A DNA stretch of 64,000 bases from the NCBI GenBank assembly GCA_038087875.1, contig CM075997.1, positions 2,668,001 through 2,732,000 on the forward strand, read 5' to 3'. Shown here piece by piece: positions 63,940 through 64,000 of the stretch. Each line of letters starts with the position of its first letter. Position 1 is the stretch's first letter. Source of the stretch: Malacoraja senta (taxonomy: Eukaryota). Under the pieces are notes generated by a model. The model did no database searches, was not told the origin of the DNA, and was given only the letters and a program-made list of their open reading frames with translations. A program made the position numbers and the translations under genes.

Positions 63940-64000
63940 ACCTGGTGCCTCGCTAGCCGTACCGTTACGGGCAACCATCGTGGCAGGTACGCCCGCGGGG

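Overview
Repeat-dense vertebrate genomic DNA, most likely from a cartilaginous fish (skate or ray). The taxon is inferred from HE1-like tRNA/V-SINEs, their partner CR1/HER1-type LINE tails and abundant Penelope pseudo-LTR fragments. There are three 200-N assembly gaps (8271-8470, 33290-33489, 63740-63939). Two genes are visible on the + strand, only as spliced exons. (1) One TGF-beta-family propeptide (LAP) exon at 31805-31947. (2) Twelve consecutive, phase-consistent exons (34460-57876) of a divergent classical calpain: protease core with the catalytic His and Asn, CBSW/C2-like domain, a 12-nt micro-exon and the start of the penta-EF-hand region. The calpain's first three exons (with the catalytic Cys) and the rest of the TGF-beta gene are absent; a gap separates the two genes. 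The most unusual structure is a 987-bp intronic element (43592-44578). It reads on the minus strand as a retroviral-type LTR + tRNA-Ser primer-binding site + palindrome-rich leader, yet it is closed at the far end by an inverted copy of the LTR's own 5' terminus. It also shares an exact 26-mer with a neighbouring CR1 junction. Other elements: seven Harbinger-type MITEs, two hAT MITEs, a Tigger4-like end, Hero and Tx1 LINE fragments, many minimal hammerhead motifs in Penelope repeats, and long (CA)n and minisatellite tracts that generate spurious ORFs.
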